Source: Proteromonas lacertae
Taxonomy: Eukaryota
DNA length: 64,000 bases
Assembly (NCBI GenBank): GCA_002245135.1
Contig: NGBS01000008.1
Span: 62,001 to 126,000 of the forward strand
Direction of reading: 5' to 3'
The position numbers were made by a program, and so were the translations under genes. The notes beneath the pieces were generated by a model. That model had not been told where the DNA came from, did no database searches, and saw only the letters and a list, made by a program, of their open reading frames with translations. This document shows, piece by piece, positions 13,801-28,220 of the stretch. The number at the start of each line of letters is the position of its first letter. The first letter of the stretch is position 1.

Positions 13801-16800
13801 ATTTTCACTCAGCCATCCTTCCTTTACTCCATTTAATTCAATTAATGAAATTTTATCCTCATTATCCATTTCAGATGTTTTATAAAGACTAAATCCCCAT
13901 TCATCTGGACTTGTACTTCTACTTCCATTAACATGAATACTTATTGATGTTTTACCTTGTTTTGAACATTTTGTTTCTATTGATTCACCAAAAAATGTCA
14001 AATTCAAAAAACCGTTAATTCCTCCATTTACATTTGATGCTGTTATTGTATATAGTTGTTTTGGTGATGCAGCTGTTACTATTCCTGTTATTGCACAATT
14101 TGTTGTATTGAAATGTAAAAATGAAGGTAATTCTGGTGAAATTTCACAATGTTCTATTAATTCTACATTCGGTTTTATTGTTATTTCTTGATTCAAAAAA
14201 AATTCTTCATCTTTTAGGTTCGATAAATCCATAATTGGAGATTTTGGAATTGTATTAATATTAAATATTCTAGTATCATAGTATTCTACTTCAATTCTTT
14301 CAGCAATCTTTCCATCTGTATAAAAATCCAAGAAATATGTTCCACCTCTTGATTCAAAATCATTTACACTAAATTTGTAATCTCCAGGAATTAAGCATAC
14401 AGAAGGAAAGTATAATGGAAGTGATCCTTCAGGAATTGCATAAGAAAAAATAGTTGTTTCATTTAAATATTCAATATCACATATAATCTGTCTTCTTGGG
14501 TTTCTTGTATCAACTACTTTTGCAAAAGTGGATTTATATTCACCAGAACATCCACTTATTACATTTGTTATTACTTTCGTACTTACAAATTCAGTATTTG
14601 AATAATAGGCTCGAATTTCTAATTCATAATTTGTTATGTATTCTGTTGCAACAGCTGTTATACTTCCTGTATATTTGTTATAATCAAATCCATCAGGAAC
14701 AACTGGTAATTCATAGTAAATCACCACGCCATTGTCAATACTTATCAATAAATGACTTTCATTTCCAATAAACAGATTCAATTCATTAACTCTTATTCCT
14801 CCATTATCTAAATCTGTTAAATGCAATCCTTGTGGTTTCACATCTCCTATCACTTTTATAGATATGGTTGTGTTTACTGTTGAACCATCTTCTAATTTGC
14901 CACTTATCACATACGATGTTACATCTTGAACTGCTGTTGGTGTTCCTCGAATTGTACAACCAGATAGTTCTAATCCAGGAGGTAAACTAGGTTCAGATAT
15001 ACATTCACTTATTACTTTATTTCCTTCAGTATAAGGAATATTGTCAGATATTCGATTATTTACTATATAAACTGCATAACTAACTCGATATTCAAAATCT
15101 CCTCTTGGAACAAAATATAAGCTACCAACCAAACTTTTGTAACTACTATCCAACTCATTCTTATAGGATAGTTTTATTCCACTTGCTCCAATATTCTTCA
15201 TATAATTCACTCTTATGAAGTGATATCCTTCACTCAAATATTTTGTTACTGTTTTAGAACTCCAATCATGAATTCCTCCTTTATTTATTAATTCTACAAA
15301 ATCGATAGATAACCATGATCCTTGAACTGAAGTTAAATTGAATGTGTAATTTCCAGCTGTTTCTATCTTTAAATATCCTTCCCAATTTACTCCAAATTCA
15401 CTTGCAAAATTTGGAGTTAAACCATCCCAAATTGATTGGATTGGATTATATTCTTGGTTTATCTCATCTTCTAATCGAATAATCTCAGTTTTAACACCTT
15501 CAGTTGAAGGAGTATAAGGATTATAACAATTTGTATCAAAATGATCAGATTTAAGATAATAAGCAACTATCCCTTTTACATATTTATCAACTATATCAAC
15601 AAATACAAATACCATATTGGTTGTGGAAGTTTCAGTTGAACATTGTACTGTTAATTGTATCTTTCCTTCAACATTAATTTGTCCTTTTAATATATGGTTT
15701 GTAAGATCAGCTATAACTGCATCATTTCCTGTTATACATTTTGAGGCTTTTCCTCTTTCAATTTTGAATGGAATCTCAAAATAAGAATTCAAAGGCATTG
15801 TATAATATTGACTATCAAATGTTAAGTAAGAAACAACATTATATTCAACTTTAGATTGATAATATTGAATTGATTGTTCTTCTGTTTCACTAGGAAGTTC
15901 CCATTTTAATAAAAATTTATAAGTAGCATTCCTTTCCATATCATTACAACTATAACCAATACACAAATCTTGTTTTAATGAATAATGACCAACTATTTTG
16001 ATTTTATGATATCCAGCTGAAAAATATCTATCTTCATTTTTTTCTGATTCTTTCCATACACTACATTGAGTGATGTGATAACTATAATCATCAAAATCAT
16101 ATTTATAATAACCATAGTCACTAATGTAGCTGTAATATTCATCATCAAAATATATATCATATCTTGTAAAGTCAGAATTACAACGAAAATTATAATAACC
16201 ATCTTCTGGAGCATATAATGCTCCTTCTATTGTATAATTCCAATATAAAACATTATGACTTGATAAAAATCCACCTAATTTAGTATCCCACATTGAATAA
16301 GCATCTTCTCCATCTAATCCATCTAAATTGTCTATTGTTGTTTCTAAACTGTTATAAATTGTCTGAATATAATAATCATAGCCACATTTAAAACTATTCA
16401 CATCATTTACCTTTATATTTAAGCCAGGTTTTATTATTTCATCAGCTCTTGAGATTATTATTGTGGTTGAAGTTGTACTTTTACCGGCTGGATTTTCAGC
16501 ATTAATTGTTAAACTATAATAATATTATAACATTAACTATATACGTTATTGGATCTTCTGGAGGTGATAGTTTGTTTATTTTCAGTATTCCATCATTTGA
16601 TATGGTTATAGGATATGAACTTGCTGGATTGAAACTAATTGACCAAGTCTTTACTTTTTTATCACTTTTACATGTAAAAGAATCTGTTTGATTTATTGAA
16701 ATTATGTATTTAACTAGTCCACAAGTCAACGTGGTTGGAACGTCCCAAACTAAAGAAATAAATCAAAATATATACTTTTCATTTCAATAAAAGCTTTCAT

Positions 16801-17106
16801 TGAAGAGCCATCTAATGTCATGAAAGTAACAGTAAAGTTTGCTTGGTATTGTTCTTGCGGAGTACCACTAATCACACCTGTGGCTGAATCTAAAGATAAA
16901 CCTTTACTTAATGAAGGTGAAATGGAGAATTCTCCACCTTCTGTAGTGACATTAGGATGATTTGATGTAATTGCTTTTCCAACAACATAATCTGTCTTAG
17001 GATTGTCATAACTGAAAGAATTTTGAGCATATGAATATGAAAAGCATATACCTATAACATCATTATTTATTTTTATACAAATAACAAATAGGGCTAAGAT
17101 TTGCAT
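10892..17106 (-). CDS. ~2000-aa type I membrane surface protein: signal peptide, many putative-Ig (He_PIG-like) repeats, two PA14-like domains, galactose-binding-like domain, Cys-rich HRM-like modules, TM and short tail; apparent frameshift near 11795
   Basis: Repeated LPxGLSLDxxSGxIxGxP motifs; PA14-like FGVNWEGYLKIETAGNYTFNLTSVQGSWL; TM GAIAGIAVGSVAAGLIVILVVVFCLL. Exons are joined by short introns near 17065, 16760 and 16530. Confidence 0.8.
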
Positions 17107-17759
17107 AAGATTTTTTTCAATTCAATGACGAGTTTAAGCTCGATAATGTTTGAACAATAAACGAATATATTTTTTGAAACAGAAAAAATGAAATTTTTAA
17201 ATTCTGATTTTGATAATATACTATCATCTATTTTACTATCTGATTTAAAAGTATAATATATAATAGATTCTATTTAACTATAGTGAAAGGAGAGTGTGGG
17301 AAAAAGTGATAATAAAGAAGATTTTGTAATCCATCGCAGAAGTGATATTAAGAAGATTAAAATTAAGGATATGGATGGAGTAAAAGAAAATAAGATTTTA
17401 AAATTCCATGAAAGAGCCTCATTCTGTTCAAAATGTTATTTATCAATTGTTTATCCTTGTAAAATGTGTCATTTGAATTGTAATAGTGAATATATGGTAA
17501 TCTTGAAATGGTAATTGAAATGACAGAATAATAAAAAAGAATAAATTCAAAAGTAAAACGGCTATATTTTTTATAAATGTCCAATTCATTAAATATTCAC
17601 GATATAGAAGATATATTAAAATATAAAATACAGAAATTGAAAGTATGCATGTGATATATATGTAATAGATCAAAGAGAGAGTTGAAAAGAGTGAATATGA
17701 ATTAAATATTGTATTAGAAGATGATGATGATGTTAGAATGGTGAAAATCTATAAATGCG

Positions 17760-18300
17760 GCATGGAATAAAAGCCAAATAAATTATTAATATTCTCAGAT
17801 GTACACTCTTTATTGTTGGTTCAATTCTTACATTTCCATCGCAAATACAAGTGATCGGGTGTAATATGATTATATACGAAAGATATTATTATCTTAGAGA
17901 TTTAGAGGAGGTAATTAAAAATAAAGCATTCTCAAGTGAAGAAATATGTGATGTTATATGTAATATATGTAATATATTAATGATATTGAATGAATATGAT
18001 ATAGTGATTGATAATTTGAAGAGTTCAAACATCATATATGAAAGAAGATAGTGAATTAAAGTTATGTGATTTATTCTTAGACATGAACTGAAGAAAAGAA
18101 GAAGATATGGGAATATATAACATTTGCTTCAAAAGCCCAGAAGAGTTAAATGGTTTAGGAATGCAATGAAAGAAGTGTGATTTGGTCAATTGGTTGTATA
18201 TTATATGAGATGATTTGTAAGAAATTACCATTTAATGATGATAATAATATCATGAAAACCAAAGAGAATATTTTGAGATGCGAATACAGTATTGTTTAGA
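17760..18300 (+). pseudogene. Degenerate protein kinase domain upstream of, and formerly fused to, an LRR gene
   Basis: Fragments IDNLKSSNII, ELKLCDLF, FKSPEELN and VIWSIGCILYEMICKKLPF lie in different frames, with an in-frame TGA near 18089 and no plausible introns. Confidence 0.65.
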
Positions 18301-20900
18301 TATTATAAGATGTGAAGGTGTTATGAAAAGAATGATAGAAAGAATGTTGATAGTGAAAAGTGGAGATAGAATAAATTTGAAAGAGTTGAATAAAGAAATG
18401 ACAAAAATAGGTGAAGGAGTGTTGAAAGATGAAGATAATGAATTAATGATATTCGAAGAAAGAAAACAAACACTATTCAATAATGATTATTCAGTTGTTC
18501 CACCAAGTGCATATCCGTTAGAATATTATCTTCATAATGATAAATGGAAGAGTATAGATATTATAGTTGACAATAATCTATTTGAATAGGAAAAAGAGAT
18601 TCTCTTGTTAATTCTTACAATAAAAAGCCAAATGAATGGGTATTATGGATATTGTTAATTATGAACATATACAATGAAGATTATTCAATAATAGACAAGT
18701 TGAAATTTCGAATTGTTCATCAATGTGAAAAGAATAGAAAGTGTTATTTAGATAGAATGATATTTCTTATTGATAAAAAATATTATAAAGAAAAAATTGT
18801 AATTCATTCAGACTGTTTTTGTTATTGTGAAGAAGGAATTAATTATTTGTTCAGAATATTAAAACTAATTAATCCAACAAAACTGGAATTTTGTATATTT
18901 GCAATCTTTTTAATTAGTTTAGATTATTATAGTATGTACAAAGAATTAATTATTAAGATTAATCAACAACCATTGTTTGGATCATTGTTTTCACAATTAT
19001 CAAATCTTCAAGAATTAGATTTATCACGATGTCATCTTACTCATCATTTTATAGAAACATTTGTAAAATCTATTCCATTTATGAAATTAAAATATGTTAA
19101 TCTAATATGTATTTTTTATTCCATTTTATCAATACATTGGCATAGTTAATCCGATTGGTCCAAAAGGCTTCAGATTATTGCTTCCATATTTACATTTATT
19201 AATCAATGGAAAGAGTAAATTGAATCTTTATGAAATGAAACTAAATGACGAATCAATGATTCTATTATCAGAGGAATTATATAAATATCCAAATCTTCAA
19301 GGAATAGATATTGAATTCAACTATAATGTTCATTCAACTGGATTAAAAGCCTTATTCTTAAAATTTCCTATATCGAAAATATCCTGTTGTCTTCATGATA
19401 GAACTTATAAAAAAGAAATTGATAAATTGAAAAATGTAAAAATAGGTAGAAATGGTATTGTAGTTATGAATTATTTAAAAATGGATGATAATCAGTTCGT
19501 TTTATTCATTTCTATAAAAAAGGATGAATTTGGAAGAATAAGAATGTTAGATTTGAGTAGTATTTACTTAATATTTTTATTAGATATTTAGATAACAAAT
19601 TATCACCCAAAAGTGTAAAAATATTGACTGCCAATCTTTCTTTTTTTTCTCATTTACAATTAAAGTTTCATGGAAACGAGATAGGAGATGAAGGAATGAA
19701 AATGTTATCTCCACATTTAGATTTACTATTTTATAAAAATGAGTTGAATTGCTCAGGAATGGGACTATCTTCTATTGGACTGAGATATTTATTAGATGGT
19801 TTAAAGACTATTCATAGAAAAATTATCCTTGATATTAGTGATAATAGCATTGATGAGGATGGTATAAAAGATTTGATAAATTATGTGAAAGAAAATGATT
19901 ATATTGAGAAGTTCTTCATTCATAGTATATATTAATATTCATTATCCATTTGTTAGTTAATCCTGTTGATAATAATGGACTTAGATACTTATTAAGCGAA
20001 ATAGAGAAAATAATATATAATAACAAAATGAATTTGAGCAATATCTCAATTGATGATGAAGGTGCTATGTTATTGACAAACAAAATTGATTGGATTAAAG
20101 ATTGCAAAATTATTTATTTATATGGCAATAATATAAGAATGAATGGGCTAAAGTCACTTCTGTCAAAATCACTAGAAAATGAAATATATTCATTTATAGA
20201 AATGGATTTGTCCTTCACTACAAATGAAGAACTAGAATATTATTTGAATTATTTAATCAAAAAGAAAAAATACAAAGATGATAGAAAATATGATTTTTCT
20301 AGTATAAAATATAAATGTGTAATTGAATAGATTTAAATTTGAATGACTCTCATATTAGACTAATTAAACAGATTGATTATGATAGACTAGACTTAGCTAA
20401 TAATAATATCAGCTGTATAGGAATGAGAGAATTAACAGAATCTTTACCAAAGGATGCTAGATACATTTCTATTTATAATAACAGCATTGGAGATGAAGGA
20501 ATTGAAATAATATGTAAAAATTTAGATAAATTTGTTAATAAATCATATATTTTAGATCTATCAAGTATTATAATAATGCAATTATATTATTTCTATAAAT
20601 ATTGGAATGAAAATAAAAGGTTTAAACATATTGATTAAAAAATTAAAGCATTATAGAAAATTAAAAGAGATAAATATTTTAGGAAATGAATTAAATGAAG
20701 CTGAATTGAAATTACTAAAAGAGAATAAAAAATGCTTTAAAGATTTGGAAGAACTATCAATAACAGTAAAAGAAAAAATAGATAAATCAAAAGTGGAATT
20801 ATTACTAAAGGAATTTACATCAATAAAAAGAATAAAAATAGATGGATTAAAAGAAGAAGAAAAGAGAAGATATTCAAAAATATTTTTGAATATAAAATAA
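18278..20900 (+). CDS. RNI-like leucine-rich repeat protein (multi-exon)
   Basis: Repeats LQELDLSRCHL, NEIGDEGMKML, DISDNSIDEDGIKDL and NSIGDEGIEII are separated by short GT-AG introns. Confidence 0.75.
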
Positions 20901-20984
20901 CTATTATAACATTCTTTTAAATATTGCTTGGATTTTGGAAAGAAAGAAATATTGAATAGAATAATAAATAAATAAAATTATTCT

Positions 20985-23900
20985 TCATTTAATCTTGATA
21001 CTGATATTTCGAGCTTGTTTAGATAATGGAGTGGAGATTTTGGGAGGTTTTTCTTCAATTCTCAATATTGGTTTGGGATTACTATCATGTCTTTCTAATA
21101 CTTTTTCGATATTCTTTATTTCTTTATTTCCATTATCATTCTCTAAATCCATTCGAATTATATCTTGATTGAATGGTAAAGATTTTTGAATTACTTTGGA
21201 AGTGGTTGTATAGTTATTCACAAATTCTTCATGTAGTTTCTTCGTATTTTCATCAGGATTTATTACTGATGATGGCTATTTCATAAAATATAATAATTAT
21301 AAATACATTTTCCATTATTGCTTTTGTATATTTTCTCATTGTTTTCTTCATTTCTTTACTCAACGGTTTATGTCGATCATCATAATGATCATCTTCTGCG
21401 ATTTCGATTGCACTTTTCAAATCTTGCATTTCTCTAGCTAGTTTTCCTTGAACATGACTTAAACGCTTGAATATTTAAAGTACTTTCACACATTAAACCA
21501 TTATATTCTTGTAAGATCAAATACAACTTATAGACTTTTTTACTCACAGTTAATTTATGATTTTCATATTTAGATTCTTCCTTTTCTCGCTTTCTTTCTT
21601 CTTCTAATTCACGTTTCTCTTGCTCTTTATCATCTTCCTTCTATCTCTTTATTCTTTTTCTTATTTTCACTTTCTTTTTCTCTATTTTCTTCTTTTTCTT
21701 CTTCATTTTCTTTCTTTTCAATTTCATTCTTTTCTTCACTTTCTTTCAATTCATTCTCATCAATTCCTTCTTTCAAGATTCGAGATTGTAATAAACATAC
21801 TTTCACTAAATGATTTAAAGCAGGCTTGAAGTTTCCATTTCTAATTAATAAGTAAGATAAATTGATTAAACAAAAGATATATTCAGTATCTCGTTCTAAT
21901 CCAGCTTCATAACATCTTAAGGCTTCTCCTGGCTTATTCTCTAATTCTAATAAATTTCCTAAATATGTATATAATTGAGATAAAGATTGATTTAATGGAC
22001 CTCGATTAGCATCTCCAGCTGGTAAACCATCAATATATCGACATTCAGTTTTCAATACACTTGTTAAAGTGTTGATTGCATTTAAGATATTATTATTAAA
22101 GATTTCTTCGATTCGACTTAGCCACATTCCTAGAATATGTCTTAATTGAGTTCCAATTGGAGCTAAATACAAGGCTTGATATAAGGGAGTTATAGATTTA
22201 TCATATTCCATCGTTTTTGTATGATGAACAGCCAAGGTCAAGAATTTGTATAAATTATCATCTGATTCTAATAATGATAAAGCTTCACTTATAAATTTAG
22301 ATTCATGACTGGTTGGATCTAATAAATTAGGAGGATGAAATATATCAGGATCAAGATTCGGTTCTGTTGTAGAAAGATTCTTTATTCCAGGAATTATTGA
22401 CATTACAGCAATGAAATCTTTACAACCTACTGCTAAACTCCATTCCCAATATTTACAATAATTATATAATTTTAATGCATGTTGATAGATTTCACTATAA
22501 TCTCCTTCGATTTCACATGTATTTATTACTACATTCAAGTCTTCTAGAGCATTATAATAATTCAATTGAAATATATATAATTGAGCTCGATTCATTAATA
22601 ATTCTGCTGATACACCACCATTCACTTCTTTGTTATTTTCACTTTCACTTTTTACTTTATTCTCTTGTAATTCGATTGCTTTATTATAATCATCTAAGGC
22701 TTGCTTTACTCGATATTTACTATGATGACAACATCCTCGATTTTCGTAGATTATATAATCATCAGGAGTTATTTCTAATGCTTTACTAAAATACACAATA
22801 GCTTCATCATAATTCTCTTTTAATCGACAAACATTTCCTAAATTATAATATAACATCGATTTTAGTTTTAAATTTATTTCATTTTCTTCACAAATATCTA
22901 ATGCTTGAACAAAGGACATTCGAGCTTTATCTAACATCTTGTTCTGTAGTTCAGATACTCCCAAATTACTTACAGCTTCTAAAAACAAAGGTCGAGCATT
23001 TACGCATTCTTGAAATTGTTCTAATGCATTTTTATAATCTTTTGTTTCATAATAAATCACTCCTTTATTATATATTGCATCATAATTCGAGGGATCTAAT
23101 TCTACACAGTAACTAAAACTATCTAATGCTTTTTGATATTGATTATTACCTTGATAAAGTAATCCAAGTAGATTATATACTTGAGATAAATGAATTATTG
23201 AGAATTTACCTTTATAATCTTCTACATTATCAGGTTTTAATTGTTCTCGATCTCCATTTGCTGTTTCATGGATTATTGATAAACTGTTTAGGATTTCCTT
23301 TTCATAAGATTCAGCTGCTGCTATTTTCTTTAATTCTGGAGCTGCTATGGCTAAATCACTTAAAGCAGATTCTAAATCTTTATCTTTTATATAACCTAAA
23401 GCACGATATAATCGAGCAAATGGATTTTTATCATTCATTCGAACTGCAGTTTCATAATCCATCATCGCTTTCTTATAATCTCGAAGGGTATTGTAAGTTA
23501 AACCACGATTAGCTGCTATATTACTTAAATTATCATCGAATTTTTGACCTAATAATGTCGTATATTCATCGATTGCTAGTTTCATATCAAACATCAAATA
23601 ATATGATTGAGCATGATATTCATATATTGTTAAATCATTCTTTATATATTTCAAACATTCTGAGAAACAATCTAAAGCTTCAACATATTTCTTTTGTAAT
23701 GAAAGTGCAAATCCTTTCTTCATATAAGCATCTGTGTCTTTTGGTGTTTTTTCTAATACTTTATTAAAATAATCAATTGCTTTATCTAAAATGTGTATTT
23801 TTAAGAAAGTACAACCACATAAATATAAAGCATCTAAATCTCCAGGATTTTGTTTTAAAGCTTCATCAAAATGTTCAATACTCTGTTGATAATCTTCTAA

Positions 23901-26900
23901 GAAGAAATATACCAATCCTAAAGCAGTATGAATGCCTTTGATTTTATTATTCTTTGAACAAGCATCATCTAAATCTGTTATTGCTTTACCGTATTCTTTT
24001 TTAGAAATATATAAAGATCCTCTAGCAAAAAGACTTTCAAAATGGTTTGGATCTAAATCAATACATCTTGAAAACTCATCAATTGCTTCATCTATCAAAT
24101 TACACTTCAAATACATCAATCCTTCAAAATAATGTAAATCTGGATAATTTGGATCAATAGCTTCAGCTTTTTGGAAATTGAAATATGCCTTTTGAAAGTA
24201 ATATTGATTGATAATAATATCAATTGATGGATTCAATACTGTATTTGTTCCTCTATCAGATTTACTTGGTAATTTCAATAGATTTTGATGGAATATTGTC
24301 TTATCAAAAACAGAATCACAATTATGATATGTATCATACAATATTTTACATGAATTACCAATAAAAGCATTCAAAGCACCTAATTGGATATAATATTTCA
24401 ATTTCATTCTGCTATTGACAAATGGTTCATACCTTTCATCTACTAATTTTGTTGAATCTTCACACGATTTTACACATACTTCTATATCAGAGATTGCTAA
24501 ACCATAATTACCTTGTAAAACATAAGTAAATGCTCTATGAGACCTAGCACATGGATCAGTAGCATCAGCTTTTATTACATCACCAAAATAAGTAATAGCC
24601 TTTGCTAAATCACCTAATTTTCTGCAATTCAAACCTAATTCAATTTGAAATGTAATTAGTCTTAATCTCAACTTCTTTACTTGTTCTAACTTCAAACCTT
24701 CAAGTTTTAACTCTTTCTTAGTTTGATCAATGCATGTTAATATGTCATGTTTTGATAAATCGAAGAATTCAAATTTCTTCAACAGTAAAGCTCTTTCCCA
24801 TCTTCCATCAACTTGTCCAGGAAATACTAACAAAGATTTACTTAAATCAGAATACAACAATTCAAATGAAATGTTATAATCTTTCGTTTCTCTATATCTT
24901 TCCACTAACAAATCAGAAGCTTGAATAATAACATCAAAATCTTTTGGTTTCATATCATTAATATCTCTATACTTTTTACTTCTAATCTGAATCAATAAAT
25001 GATCTAATTGATTCTCATAATTAGGAAATTTATTCTTCAATTTATCAATATATGAATAACTAGTGAAATATTCATCTAAAAAGAATGATTTATATGCTTC
25101 TTTCCACAATTCATTTGGATCTTCAATACTACTATCAGAATTATCAACTAATATTTCAGTTTCACCATTTAAATCTAATCTATTCATATACTCTTTATAG
25201 AATAAAGGATAACATAACATAAACGAACATTCACAATTTCTTATTCCACTTTTAAACATTAATGCTGGCTGATGATCTTCATTTCCTTCTTCTACTCTTT
25301 GATTCATCATAAATATAAATAATTCTAATTCTTTTTCTATTTTAGCAGGAGTTCCATGATTAAATAAATTCACACATTTTTGATATACTAAATGAATAGT
25401 TGAATTATTATTTTCTGAATATTTCTCTCCTTCTGCTATAACATTATCACTATCAACATCTCTTCCACTGACTCTAAATGCAGCTGCTAAACACGACATT
25501 GAATATTGAAGTAAATGTTCATTATACCACTTTTTATACTTAACATTCTTATCTTTATTATATATTTCACTGGTTTTATTACCATTTGGATTTCCATACA
25601 TGTCTAACTCCATTTTCTTTCTTCTTAATGATCTTGATGAATAAGTATAACATTCTATAGCTTTATTAAAATCTAATCTCTCTCTTTTAATATGTCCTTC
25701 TATTAAAGAAGCGTATGGGTTAATTGTTTCTTCATCATATATTTCTTGAATTATTTCTAAGGCTTTGTCACTATTAGAGTTGATTCTTAATGATTCAGCA
25801 TAATATATTCTAGTCATTCTATACAATTCAACATGCTTTTCATCATTATGAAAGATAGACATTGTTTTTTGTCTTTTCACTTCATTCTCAAAGAAATGCT
25901 CAGCGAATTGAACTTTGCTTTCTATTTGATGAATAAACATCTTTTCCATCAAATCAATTTGTAACCAAATTATATTAAATGGGTCAAAATATATATCAAA
26001 CAAACAAGAATCATTTTCAGGATCAACAAATTCCTTTAAGAATGTTTTTGAGGTTTTCTTAAGGAGTTGTAAAGATACTTTATAATTATTCATATTTCCT
26101 AATGCTTTATATACAGAACTCATTAAAAACAATACAATTGGAAGATTTCCATATGTTATAATAATATAATGATAATATTTAATCAGTTGTTTTAATATAT
26201 TTGTTGTTACTGATAATAGATTATTTGATAATTTGAAATACTTAATGGATTCATGTGAAATAACTAATGGTTGAATGATATAGTTATTATAATTTGATGT
26301 AATTTTATTGATATCATTTATTGCATTATCAATTTCTCCAACTAAAAGACATATATTTGATCTACAATAGTAATAATCATTGATATAAGTCTTATCTGCA
26401 GATGAATTGATAGTTTCATCGTTTAATACGATTAATATATCGTTGATGGATTTATAAGCAGATTCATATTTCTTTATTTTTATTGCGCTTACAGCTGTGT
26501 AATATTTGTAATGTAAATTTGTTTGTTTTTGTTTATATAACTCATTATATATACCATTTCCATTAGGAAACTGTAATAACTCATCATAAGCATTAGCTAA
26601 CATTATTTGTACTTCAGCGTTTTCACTTTCATCATTTAATATTTCTTTACATGTTTGGATTAATTCTCTCCATAAGAAATAATCTTCGTAAACATGAGCT
26701 TGAAGAAATTTGGCTTTTGTCAATGAACCGCCTAAATCAAATATTTTTGTTTTATCTTGTTGTGGGTATGATCCAGGAATGTGTGATTTACATTCAGATC
26801 TTAGATTTAGTGAACACCAGATAAAAGGTATTTCATTTACATTTTCTTTTTTGTATGTAGTTTCAATAATTGTAAATTCGTCACTTGCATCTCTCCAATT

Positions 26901-27148
26901 CTCTACAGCCTATAAATAATACAATAATTTAAGAAATATACTAAATAAGCGCATCCAAGATAGAAATGTGAATGTTTAACAATATTTCCATTTGGACCTT
27001 TAAGATAATCGATTAATTGAAAGTATCTACCAGAAAAACTACAAATGAGTAAAATAGAAAAGAAATACAGCATCCATTTTGCACATTGTATTATTTCATC
27101 AGTAGTTTGTGGTGTTTTATTCGACCAATTCTCTACTTTTCTCAACAT
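20985..27148 (-). CDS. Large multi-TPR repeat protein (~1900 aa), frame break near 21630
   Basis: Many TPR motifs (e.g. YYNLGNVCRLKENYDEAIVYFSKALEITPDD). 5' exons start at ATG 27148; 3' exons continue to 20985 but the junction near 21630 is unclear. Confidence 0.8.
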
Positions 27149-27232
27149 ATTCAAAATAACTGTTTTTTAAATATTTGAAACGAACAAATTTTTAATAATT
27201 AAAACTATTAAATTCGAAATTAAGTAAATTAA

Positions 27233-27964
27233 TTAGTCACAACTAAATTGTGATAACCATAAATAAAGGGATGGATAGCTTTCTTGGGAAAATGGTAAAA
27301 GGACATTTTGGTTAATGAAATGATAGAGAAAAGTAAAGAGTATTCCCAAACTAGCTCCAAATATTGTATCACTAACATAATGACAACCGAAGTAGATTCT
27401 ACCAAACATGGCACATAATATTAGGAACAAATAAATGTGATTTGTATGGGAAAGATATAGGAAATATAGTATTGCACCTGCCTATTTGGATTTATAATAA
27501 CAGAATATATATACCTGTGCACTATCACCTGATGGGAACGAGAAATTTACATAATTTTTTCTTATTGGTATTCTTCTTGATTTAATCACTCCAACTGCTG
27601 GTCTATTTCTTTTTGTAGTTTTCTTCATAATTTCACTTGTGATTACTGTCAGTATGCTAAAAAATTGAATTAATATGAATAATACCAAGGAAATAATAAA
27701 TATAAAACTGATTCATAGCCACGGTGTAATAATACATACAATGATGTGAGTGGAATTCCCTGAGTACCGAATAATAATGTAGGAATTATTATTATATAGT
27801 CTAAAAACCCTAGTTCAAGGCTATGACAAAATAATAAGAGTAATATACTTAAAGATGTATGAACTTATCTTCCTATCCCAATTATCACAAGTTTTCAAGA
27901 AACCACTATTAGGTTCCCCTTCCTTCTCGTTTAGACCTGTCTCTTTATCTGTAGCAGTGTCCAT
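27233..27964 (-). CDS. PAP2-family lipid/isoprenoid phosphate phosphatase
   Basis: C1 KKTTKRNRP, C2 SFPSGDS and C3 GRIYFGCHYVSD motifs plus TM segments; three short introns. Confidence 0.85.
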
Positions 27965-28220
27965 TAAATTGCTACGTCTTCTTAAAATATCAAATGAAAT
28001 TGATTCAATTTTCGAGCAAAAGCTTGGATACAAAAATCAGTTATATTAAGAAACAATCGCTACCTGTTATGCAACCACTCCTAAAATGTTGCAGAACAAT
28101 TTACTATATGATTCTTTTTATTTTCAAAGGTTTGTCAATTTTGAACAGAATAATGACTAAACAGTATGTTTTTTGTAGAATATAAAAATCAGTTAATACA
28201 TAAAAACAAAATTAGTTATA

